Assembly (NCBI GenBank): GCA_002633005.1
Contig: NMRA01000941.1
Span: forward strand, 4,412-50,999
Direction: 5' to 3'
Source of the DNA: Phoronis australis
Taxonomy: Eukaryota > Animalia > Phoronida
DNA: 46,588 bases
A program made the translations under genes and the position numbers. Below the pieces are notes generated by a model. That model had not been told where the DNA came from. It searched no databases and saw only the letters and a list, made by a program, of their open reading frames with translations. Below are positions 36,901 to 46,588 of the stretch, one piece after another. Position 1 is the stretch's first letter, and each line of letters starts with the position of its first letter.

Positions 36901-39900
36901 CTTAGTAAAATTAATTATTTCACTGAAGGTTAGAGCAGACAGCTTGTACCAAATTTTTGAAATAGGCAATATCTGCCGTCCCAAATTTAAAAAAATGGTC
37001 CACAGCAAACAATCATTCAGTTCGTGAAAATGTTGCGTCAGTGGCCAGTTTCAACAATTTTATCAACTGCTGAGTTTTCAGACTCTGTTGATACACAATG
37101 CAGTGTCCGATATTTGAAAAAATATGCCAAACTTCAGAATCGAGAAAAATTTTAATTTCGCTTTAAATTTCAGTGTCCCAAATTTTAGAGGCTTGTCGGA
37201 AACTGGAGAATTTTTTGTAGTAGCATGCTTGTTACCTGGGGGAGGGGGGGTGGAGGCTAGACACCTTTGCCCTTCCGTAGCCACCCATGACAATGACACT
37301 AGTGTTCTCCAAAACCTCATTTCATTCATCGTAGCAATTAGTTTGGATTTTGCTGTGACAAGTTTGGTTCGTCCACATTGAGTTGACTTTGATCTCAGTG
37401 GCACATTTTGGATGCTTGTCACCAGGCAGTGTACTGCTTTGTTTTCATGTATGTATACAAACTCTCGCGGTATTGGACTTGGTCTTCTGAAAGCATCAGA
37501 AATCAAAAGGCTGAAAATCAAAGGAACTTGTGCTAAACAATTCGCAAGGATAGCACCTGAAAGATTTGTTGCAATGAAAAATAAAGGGTTTATAGACATA
37601 ATCTTGACAATTACCTTACATGAAAACTTCACAAAATGTGCACAAATCTTTGTTAATGTACACATGCTTTTTAAATGAGGGGTTTTTCCTCATTTGGTAG
37701 TGTTGCAGGTGCCCATATTGTCCCACTCCCCCAGCAGGTGAAGAGTGGGTGTTAAATATTTCTGCTCTTAGCTGTTGTTATAATTTGTTATATGTAACAA
37801 TAAGTTGTTGCTGATTCTTTGTGTAGCCATTGGCTCTCCTTTCTTTTGCAGGTGTGAATTTGATGAGTACTGCTGTGGTACCAATGTGTGCTGTACCTCA
37901 TATAATGTCTGGCAGATGTGGTATTTTTGGTAAGAGCTTCAAGATATTCCACATTCATATGTAGTTAATGCTATGGTAACAATGTGTGCTGTATCTCAAA
38001 TAGGGTGTGGCAGATGTGGTACATTTGGTAAGATCTTTAACATATTCCACATTTATAAGTTGAAAATTCAAGTAGAATTATTCTAAAAGAATGACCTTAG
38101 GCTATTCCGCTGCAAGCAAGATTCAGTCTTGTTTGAAACAATGTTTTTTGTAACCTGCAGCTTTAAATGTTGTTATATAATGTCTAGCTAGAGTTGTAAG
38201 AAGTAATGGTGACTTTGTGAGTGAAAGATGAACAATGATCTGTTGATTTCAGGTGTGGCTTAGTGCTGTTTCTAATTCTGTTGTTTGCTTGTGCTGGATT
38301 CTGGCGATACAAATACTACAAAAAGACTGCCAAAAACCCATTAAGCAAGAATCCCTATGCCAAGTTCGACAACACTGGCTCCACGGCAACAGTCACGATG
38401 CACATTAGGAACGACTCAGACTTGAGCACACTCTCGGACGTAGGTATCCCCGTCATCATGTCGATGCTAACCTTTCATTCTCAGTGGTGCACATTTCTTC
38501 CTGCCTAATGTTATGAACTCATTCTTAGCATCCTCATGCGATGAAATCGTAATCTCACACAGAATGTTATCTTGAATCGCTCAAATTGATTTTACTGTGT
38601 GTATAGATGGAGTCACGTGACCTATTTTATTGTCATCTGCATAATTTTACAACATCAGAATCCAATGTATGAATCTGAATTTCTCACTTCACTTACATTC
38701 AGCTGGCTGATATAAGTGTTTCACAGTGAGTTTGCTATAAATCTGTGTGATGTATTGGATGTTGATCACTTATTAATGACATTAGTGAAAAATACAAAAT
38801 GTTGTTTAGTGGATGACAGATGTCATGCTTTGTGGAAACCATTGAAATGTTTATGTTCTTCTTTTTACTCCTTAAAGATTGGAAGTGATTTCCGACCACA
38901 TCATCTCCGTACAGATTCCGACCTCAGTGTATTGTCAGATGTAAGTATCTGTTGTCAGCCCCACCTGGTGGGGGATTAAAAGGAAGGGCAACCATTTTTG
39001 GATGTTACCTTTAGTAAAGATAAAAATACCTGGTTATTTTGGAGAGACGTTTTTCCGTGTTGATTAATGTTGCCTGATTGTGTATCTACTCTCCTTTGAA
39101 CAATGGAATGTGGTGTAAAGTGGCCAACAAAAAGCTCTGGTCATGCTTTGTCAGTCACTTCCTTGGCTGGCTACTGAACATAGTCTCACTAATATGGACT
39201 GTGTTTGATAGCCAGTAGGACGTTTGCCCTATGCGAAGTAAATTTAAAGCCAAGATGCGAGACTTTTTCTGGGCTGTTCACATGATGCTCTAGTGTTCCT
39301 TGGATAATAAGTGCTTACCAGGGAAACAAAAATTATCACTGAAAAATGAATCTGCCTTCTTTCTGAACGTAACATCAAAAGTGATTGCACTGCGTCTGCT
39401 GGACCAATGTTGGATGTGGCTGAGTTGCGTTGCTACTCACGGTATTAAGCATGTGCTGTGTCTGCTAGACCAATTCTGGATATGGTTGGGTTGAGTTGCT
39501 GCTTTCTGCTGATCCCGTATCATAAAATTCATTCGAGTTGTAGAAAGTCTTCAATTTTGGAGAAAAATAATTGCTTTTTGAAAGTTGCTGTATTTTCTAT
39601 TTTCATAGGATTTGTTACTGTATTGCCACAAATGCTCAAATATTTACCACACGTTGTTAGATGACAGTTGGGCAGATGATGTCAACAACGAACCAAAACT
39701 TTTTCGTGTTTCCTTTTAGAAAATGGACAAAACAGAATTCCCCTTTTCCGCTAATTTTTTTCTAACATTGAATTTTTTTGTATAATTATCATTGCCGTTT
39801 TTGGTATCTGTGATTAAATGTTTTTAATATTTTGTCCTTATAGTGAAATTGTCAAAACTGGAACTCTTGTCTTATTATGACGATCACTGTTATATATTGA

Positions 39901-41083
39901 CCAATCTCCACATGGTCTTACTGCCCCATCTATCCTCTCTTCACTTACAATACATTTCCTCCTGCCAACTACATTGATGACACTTACACTCTCATTCTAG
40001 GAATACAGTGGAAACATGGCAAAACGAGTTCTGATTTGATTGAGGTAGAACAGATTGAACTGATCTGAGATAGAGCAAATTTCATCACAAGACTGAATAT
40101 TTTTATATTGATTATGAACCAGTTATTTGAAATGTTGCTAAGTTACAGTCCTGTCCGCTGGTGTCATCTGCTTCTGTATTCATGCTACCTGTGCTTATGT
40201 CCTACACTGAATTTTGGAAATGATTTTAACTGAATGTAATTCCCTGGTTTAAGTTACCGAGCTGAAGCCTTTGAATTCTTTGACTACGCACGTGTTACTT
40301 GGGGTCAAAGTTTGTACCCAAGCCGTATGGAATAGGGCCTGTTTTTTGATTTAGGAGCTCTTAGATACCAAGGAGCATATTTCCTTTTCTGACAGTCTGT
40401 GCTTTTTGTGTTTTGTATTTTGTGTTTTGATTTTTGATCCTTATTGTTTAGCCTTTATGTTCTTTAATTTAGCTTTGAAGTTCTTTTGTTTAGCTCCAAT
40501 GTTCTTTTGTTTAGTAAAGAACACACACACGCGCACGCACACACGCACGCACGCACACACACACACACAGGTACTGGCATGTTTCTGGTATTTCATCGGT
40601 GGAAAGTTGCTCAGAATGCAAATTACAAGAGTGTGTTGGTTGCATTTTGTTGTTCTTTATGTTAGCTGTTATGAAATGAACACTTTTGACAACTGTTATG
40701 AAACCACATTCTGCATTGTGATGTTACTGGTTTTGTTTCTGAGTTGCTTCTGAAAGAATTTTACCCTAGAGTATGTTCAATTAGTTTTCTTGACTACATG
40801 TCATGTGTTCATGAATTGGGGTCAAGCGTGAGCATTTTTGTTTTGTTTCACACATTGAATGTATCTGAAGTGCTTGTTGTCATGGAGTTGCTAAAAGATA
40901 TTTGCATGTTTACAGGATCTTACACAGTACCCACAATACAATTCACATCGGACGGCAACGCCCGGATACTCATATGACTATGGTACCAGCGGCCCTCCGC
41001 CTTACTCACAGACTCTGGGGGGAAGCGGTCATTATTCCAAGTCGAAAAGAGACTCGCATGCTCTGCTAGAGACGGAATACTGA
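27857..41083 (+). CDS. WBP1/VOPP1-like (Shisa-like) single-pass membrane protein, ~193 aa; exons 27857-27913 (tentative), 36772-36800, 37852-37929, 38253-38439, 38878-38940, 40916-41083
   Basis: GT-AG introns with compatible phases (0,2,2,0,0). Protein: MADAEKVLLVWSFILIHKKVQA-YYCDSDQCEFDEYCCGTNVCCTSYNVWQMWYFWCGLVLFLILLFACAGFWRYKYYKK...GPPPYSQ...DSHALLETEY*. The C-C-CC-CC ectodomain, W-Y-F-W pre-TM motif, single TM and PPxY match the family architecture. Confidence 0.85.
28716..29903. mobile_element. Non-autonomous hAT-like element with 5-bp TSD (intron 1 of gene 2)
   Basis: TTAGT|CAGGGCTCGAC ... GTCGAGCCCTG|TTAGT; repeated subterminal TGCGACC/GGTCGCA motifs at both ends. Confidence 0.9.
29706..29775. 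other. Assembly gap
   Basis: N run. Confidence 1.
33469..33970. other. Assembly gap
   Basis: N run. Confidence 1.
33971..34407. repeat. 45/46-bp minisatellite, >=9 copies, emerging from a gap
   Basis: Unit AATCCATAAGGGTTGATGGTGACAGTCTACCAAACTTGAGCATAGA. Confidence 0.97.
34493..34592 (+). mobile_element. Harbinger-like MITE, older truncated copy 4
   Basis: GTTCAGTAACGCTAGGACTTTGCTAAAAAGCAAGACT...ATGAGAGCACG matches 3908-3991. Confidence 0.75.
36772..36800 (+). CDS. 29-nt micro-exon (VQAYYCDSDQ)
   Basis: Acceptor TTACATTACAG|, donor CA|GTAAGT; supplies the first Cys. Confidence 0.8.
37852..37929 (+). CDS. Cys-rich ectodomain exon (CEFDEYCCGTNVCCTSYNVWQMWYFW)
   Basis: Acceptor TTTCTTTTGCAG|, donor TG|GTAAGA. 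Confidence 0.9.
37969..38053 (+). repeat. Tandem partial duplicate of the ectodomain exon plus donor (pseudo-exon)
   Basis: Copy of 37871-37955 at a 98-bp offset. Confidence 0.9.
38253..38439 (+). CDS. Transmembrane + juxtamembrane exon
   Basis: Acceptor TTTCAG|, donor GAC|GTAGGT; overlaps ORF 38263..38508. Confidence 0.9.
38878..38940 (+). CDS. 63-nt phase 0-0 exon (IGSDFRPHHLRTDSDLSVLSD)
   Basis: Pyrimidine tract + AAG|, donor GAT|GTAAGT; repeats the motif that ends the previous exon. Confidence 0.8.
38980..39753. mobile_element. Old Kolobok-like element in a gene 2 intron
   Basis: TTAA|AAGGAAGGGCAACCATTTTT resembles 22682; decayed inverted end AAAATGGACA...CCCCTTTTCC; internal 66-bp direct repeat at ~39392-39500. 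Confidence 0.45.
40521..40569. repeat. (CA/CG)n microsatellite
   Basis: Direct reading. Confidence 0.95.
40916..41083 (+). CDS. Terminal exon with PPPY and DxxxLL
   Basis: Acceptor TTTACAG|; 55 codons + TGA. Confidence 0.85.
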   Translation, partial: DLTQYPQYNSHRTATPGYSYDYGTSGPPPYSQTLGGSGHYSKSKRDSHALLETEY

Positions 41084-44000
41084 TACTCATTGTCGCCAGT
41101 TGGTGCCAGGGAAGCTAGTCTGCCTTATCTTCCTCGAGAGTTAGGAGCTAGGTTGTGCAAAGTGTCCGAGTAGAGACTAGGACACATGTACACAGATCTT
41201 ATTTTGGTGCATATTTGTATAAAATACTGGCGCGTGCCATATGTCATTTTATATCACTGTCGAAGGTAGTGCAATTTTACCAGAACATAAGGGAGGCACG
41301 AATGGTGAACAGAGGAGTCAGTGACCATGGATTGTGAAGGTTTGGCTGTTATCCAAGTTGCGCTGACTGTTGGAGCCTGTGTTGTGAGTAACGATAGTGT
41401 TGGTCAGTGAAACTGTAAGTGACTGCTGTTTCTTGGTGGTCATTTTGTATAATCATGAATGGAGGTGTAGGCATTCATGTTTTGTATAATCGGGGATAAC
41501 GTAAGGTGCAGTTTTACGAGGTGCTTTAGTGGAGCAATGTTATCACCAAGCTGCACCTGGTGGCTGAGGAATTGTCTGTGCATCTATCGCTCCATGTGAG
41601 AGTACAATTTTATAGACAGTCTCAACATTTGCTGCAGTCTGTATGGAGCAGAGCTGCATTTATCAGTCGGTGAGACTGGTGCTTGTTAAATAACCCACCT
41701 GTCCTTTTCGTGATGAATGACACGCAAATGATGGAGAGTGAAAGTAATGAAGATAGAGACTTCACGTGCAGTAGCAATATTGGCCATTTGAAGCCTATCT
41801 GCTGAAAGACTACTTTTTGTTTAATATGTATAGTTTTGTGGTGTTAGTGTTGTCAGCTAGAATGCTCCACTTCACTTTTCAATGTTGGTCCATGTGTGTC
41901 TGTTCATGACCCAACCGCAACACACAGACATCCGGAATCTGTTATATCAAAGGCCCTAAGTCTTGTCATAGGTATGACAGTCGTATGCGGTTTATTGCAA
42001 GCGCAACGCTGAGTTTTTTGTGGAGGGAAATGACAGACAGTTGATTAATTTTTCACATTTAGTTTTAAGGTTTGTAGGACCTTAGAAAAATGTTCAAATT
42101 TGGCTCACTATCAGGAAGGGATGATTGAGTATATATGAAACTTTCACGTACTATGCTTTATGCAGTTTTCCAAATTGCTTTAAGGATTCTTTTCAATTGT
42201 TCCACTTTTACATGAGGGGCTATCAAAAACATGGCTTTTATGATTTTTCACAATATGTAGTTTACCCAGTTACAATATGTAGTCTTGTCGATTGTTTACT
42301 AAGTACTCAGACCAGTCCATAAGGTACTACACAACCCTATGTTAATGAACTGCATGCCAAGTAAAATCACAATTACAACTGTTAGCTTAGGGACAATTTA
42401 CAACTTTTCATAAAATGGGCTTATGAATTGTTAAGTCTTATTATAGTTTGATTTAAATCTGTTGCAACTAAGTTTTTTGTACAAGCCACAAAACGTTGGC
42501 CTATGCAAGTTTTCTGACCACTATGTTCAGATGTGAGGTTTGTGGCTGTGGAAGATGAGTTTGTTAGTATTTTGGTGGGTTACAGTAAAAAAATCTGTTT
42601 AGAACACAATAAGGGAAGAATTGGAATATCACATTTAAGTGAGTGTGATACCCTAGATGTAAGGTTTTGTTTAATTTCACCAAAATGTGACTCACATCAT
42701 ATATTCTGACCAATAGACTGCCTGATGGGATGGGGGGACCAGTTTGTTGGCATTTCTGGGGGGTCCCTTTTGATTATGTTTACCAAGGACAAGTTAGTAT
42801 ATGGACTATTTCAGCTATTAGACTGGCACCAGTCCATAATTGTAAGATAAAGAAGCTATTTTTGAGAGCACACTTGCGGACAAGTAAGATTTGCTCTTAG
42901 AAGATCTTCACTGCATTCTAACTAGTTTTTGAATTAGTCTAATGAAAACTGTGGTGTAGTGTAAAATTTTTGAGAAACTTTGGTGTATTAGGCCATTTTC
43001 CACTAAAACTACAGGGTAGCATAAAGTTTATTGTTGGTGTGACATTTGCAGATAAAAATATTGCAAGTAATTGTTGTCACTAAATAAATGTAGTTTCAGC
43101 TTAAGTATGGTAGTAGCCCTCCCCCCTATAGCTCTTTTGATCCCTATTCAAATTTGACAAATTTTCTGGTTCTTGGAATGTGTCTTTGCTTAAGTCCTAC
43201 AGTCTGTACCTCATGAGTACATACGTATGCCAAAAGACTGTCAATGAGTGTTCTGTCATTAGCACAAAGCAGGGAAGAGGGCTGTGTTGAAAAAAGTTTG
43301 GTATGTCCTATCGCTGTAGGAGAGTGACAGTGCCACAGTTGTTTACAGCCAAAAAATGCTGCGTCTCAGTGTGTCAATTGTCCTTTTTATGGCTTGTCAA
43401 AGTGTATCCAGGACCAGTGAATTGTGGAAGTGGTGTGCAAAGGATGGCGGTAACACCGGTAATAACATGCTGGGCTGGTTTTGGGGCAGCAATTATGTTT
43501 TTAATGCTCACCAGTCTGTGTTAGCATTGTTCGTTTGCAAGTGCTGAACTTATTTTCCATAAATCTTCAGTTGGAGCTTGCAGAGTCAAATTGCTTGAGA
43601 AATTGTAAAATAGTCCATGATCCATTGCTTGCTTACATCGAGGGAGCTATTTTTCCATATTGTTAGGTGTATATGAGGAAAATGGGGAGTGAGGTTTTGA
43701 AGTGACTTATTTCCAAGATCTGTTGCAGTTTTTAGTGCATCGCAACTGTGACTGAGACTATAGCTATGCTAGTACTTTTCTGCATACTGTTAGTTTGGTA
43801 ACATATTGATAATACCTGGATTTATAAAGTCCGGACTCAGTGGACGTTATATATTCAATGAGAGCCATAGTTATAGAAAACTTTGCAACGAATGCCCGTA
43901 AAACTCGCATAAATCGGACATGCACAAGTCGATTGTCGCTTAACTCAGGAGTACAATTTCGAGGTATGATTGCTGTAGTTCTTCACTTGACCCTTGATGG

Positions 44001-46168
44001 TTGATAGATGTGAATTTCGCTTTATTCAGTAAAAATCTGGTTTGTGCGAGTTTTGCTGTAATTCGTAATATTTTGCGATAGACAGTTTTTGAAATAACTG
44101 TGAAAAGTTTGTTTTGTAATCACCTGTACCTACAATTCCTGCACCGGCTATGAAAGTAGTTTTGCCACTCAGTAGACTTTGCAGAGTATTGGCCCTTGTG
44201 CATCCTAGGGCTTCCTGTCTCATGGTTGTGGAAACTGAAGCCAAAGATGGGCGAGACATGCACAGTCACTGGAATTCACGCATAAGTGGTCAGGTCGTAA
44301 CAGTGTCAATGAGTGTCAGACAATACTAGTGGTATGTCTGTCTCTTGTCTACCGGATGGGGGAGGGGCTTGTTCCGTAGTCCCAATACACTCGTGAGCAA
44401 AGTTAGTTTTGCTTATAATGCATGGAGATATCTCGTGAAGACTTGCGTGACCTCGTTTTTTCTCCAAGAAATTTGATCTGGGAAAAGCTAATTTCGTTAG
44501 GGTATGTGCGCGTATTTACATGTACACCCATGTGCCTGTATTTGAAGCCGTGTCCCGTCGAATATGGACACCTCAGCCTTATATGGGAAACACTTAATTG
44601 AAGTGGAAGAGCAAAGGTTGAGTTAGCGGTTACAATAGATGTTGACATGTTTTTAATCTGAAGTGAAAGCTGCATTTCGTTACTGTTTTTGTTGTTTAAC
44701 TGTCACTGTTGGATTCGTAACGGAAGACATTGCCAGGTCATCTGATCTTATTTCTTTGCGAATAAGCCGGACGCAATTGAACTTTAATTAAGCGAAAAAT
44801 AGTTACTGGTTAAGGCACACTTGCAATGCACTCAATGCGACATACTTGTACACCAGACATGGCCTCTTTTGATGCGTTTATGTGCCAAACGATTTAACAA
44901 AATCTTTGAAACGCATTGTTTCAAGCATAAGGCAGATTGGTCTAACCAAGCGCATGTATGAATGTATCCGTGGTAGTTCTCATAAGGTTCAGTTATAGTC
45001 CAGCATCATGTTCAGCACTGAGTGCAATTTACTGCAGGATTGATCAATGTGAAACGTTCGTCTGGGTTGCCTAAAACTTAAAAACTTGCCCACTGGAGGC
45101 CACCGCGACCAGCAAAGTTTAATCAGTGTCGACCGGAGGGCCTCCAACACCCCAGACCCACTAAAGAAAAGCATCTATGCAGTGTGATCGTTGTTATCCA
45201 GTGTTTAACTGATGCCGCGTGACTTTCAGATGACCAAGGCAATGCGCGTCCGGCCTCTGGATAAGTTTTTGTGGGTTGCCGAGCCTGTAAGTTTTTATGC
45301 ATCGGAACGCTCAAAAGCTTACTAGGTCGCGTCATAAAATAGGAGGTATGATTGTTTCTTCTCGTGAGATTGTGATGCAGTTAAGTTGTGTACCAAGTGC
45401 TCGTATTTGGTTACTTCTTGGACTAGACTCGGGGCTGACCTTGACGTGAAGGTTTATTGTGACCAAGATCCCGCTGTTTATTTGTTATTAACAATTTTAT
45501 GTTGTATTCATGGAATCGATGCCCATTATTTTGTGCATGTTAGTAGGCGATTAGTTTCAAACCAATAGCTTGTACAGTTACTGCCACTTTTAGTGGACGA
45601 CGCGTTAATAAAAAACGTCTTCTCAGTTCGGTCTTATTGCCACTTTCTTTCGCACTGCATTCCAATGGGAAAAACGAAAAATGAGTTTAAATGACTCTGG
45701 GTAGTTATTTGCTTTCTTGTGACGCGACTTGATTTCCGTTTCAAAGGCTGTCGAACCATCAGTGGACTCGCGAAAACGTTTCAAAGTTAATTTCAATTGT
45801 GGGTGGTTGGTCAGCACTAAAATTGCGCATATACATGTACGCATTTCCCGTAACTTGAATAGCCAGGTCCCTCGGCAACAATTCAAAATCTTATAGCGCA
45901 GTAATGTTTCAAGTCCCAAAAAGCAACAGGTTTTGAAAAGATTACCTCGCTCTTCCGAGTGTACCAGCAACTCCATAAGTACAAGAGCCACGTAATTTAG
46001 ACTTTGCGTCCCGTTTCTTTTTTCAGTGGAACTGTGACGGGGCAAATATGGCTATGTCGCTTGGGAAATTTGAATACTAATGACATGTCAGTTTCGCCGT
46101 GTGTCAAAAAGCAGGAGATTTTGATGGTGTGGCAGGATGGCGGGACAATTTCAAAAAGCAGGACAATT

Positions 46169-46298
46169 CAGGGGCGGTTCCAAAATTTTAAAAAGGGGGC
46201 CTGATCAAGGATTTTTTTTGAAAATCATTGATTTGATACGACTGAAATCGAGAGAAAAATGGGTCCGGGCCCTTTTGACTCCCCTGGATCTGCCTATG
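46169..46298. mobile_element. Short MITE, CAGGGGCGG...GGATCTGCCTATG termini
   Basis: Imperfect inverted ends of the same style as 782-1077. Confidence 0.5.
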
Positions 46299-46527
46299 AA
46301 TCCGCCAACAGCGGGGCAGTATAAGTACAATCGCTGTCGGCAACAGAAGGTATTAGTTGGATTGGATTCCTTTACGTGGTATAATTTTCAATCGTGAGAT
46401 TTTGTTTCAAGGGTATGGGTAAATAGTACCAGTGCTGCTCAGAAGTCGTGACACTCAAACGTCAAACGATCTGGACAACAGGTAAACCCTGTTCAAATGA
46501 ATTATTATAGAAACAATAGAAAATTTA

Positions 46528-46588
46528 CGCACACACCCACCGCGCACACACACAGACAGACACACACAGACACACACAGACACACACA
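46528..46588. repeat. (CA)/(CAGA) microsatellite running to the window end
   Basis: Direct reading. Confidence 0.9.

Noticed and set aside
37078-37678. 195-aa antisense ORF and overlapping + ORFs in a gene 2 intron
   Set aside because: No domain or compositional signal, and not needed for the phase-consistent gene model.
41269-41275. GTGCAAT miR-25/92 seed match in the gene 2 3'UTR
   Set aside because: A single 7-mer is expected by chance; conservation cannot be assessed here.

Overview
Eukaryotic, AT-rich, repeat-dense draft assembly with three N-gaps, most likely from an invertebrate animal. Two spliced genes point away from each other. (1) A complete 5-coding-exon SLC52A-type riboflavin transporter on the minus strand (10709->3676, 464 aa). 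(2) A small single-pass WBP1/VOPP1-like (Shisa-like) membrane protein on the plus strand (27857->41083, about 193 aa) that the ORF track shows only in fragments. The 17 kb between them is layered transposon debris: a LINE interrupted by a THAP-bearing TTAA element, a foldback element, and a nest in which a decayed ISL2EU-like element (THAP + SAP/YqaJ remnants, AT TSD) sits in a Kolobok-like long-TIR element, which sits in one copy of a local duplication whose other copy keeps the empty site. The most interesting signal is in gene 2. Its tail carries a duplicated, exon-terminal HxRxDSDLSxLSD module (LATS/NDR consensus plus CK1-type S-x-x-S-x-x-S spacing), conserved in protein but saturated at synonymous sites, upstream of PPPY and dileucine motifs. 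No prokaryotic-type system, CRISPR array or RNA gene is supported. All family assignments are from manual motif reading, not database searches.
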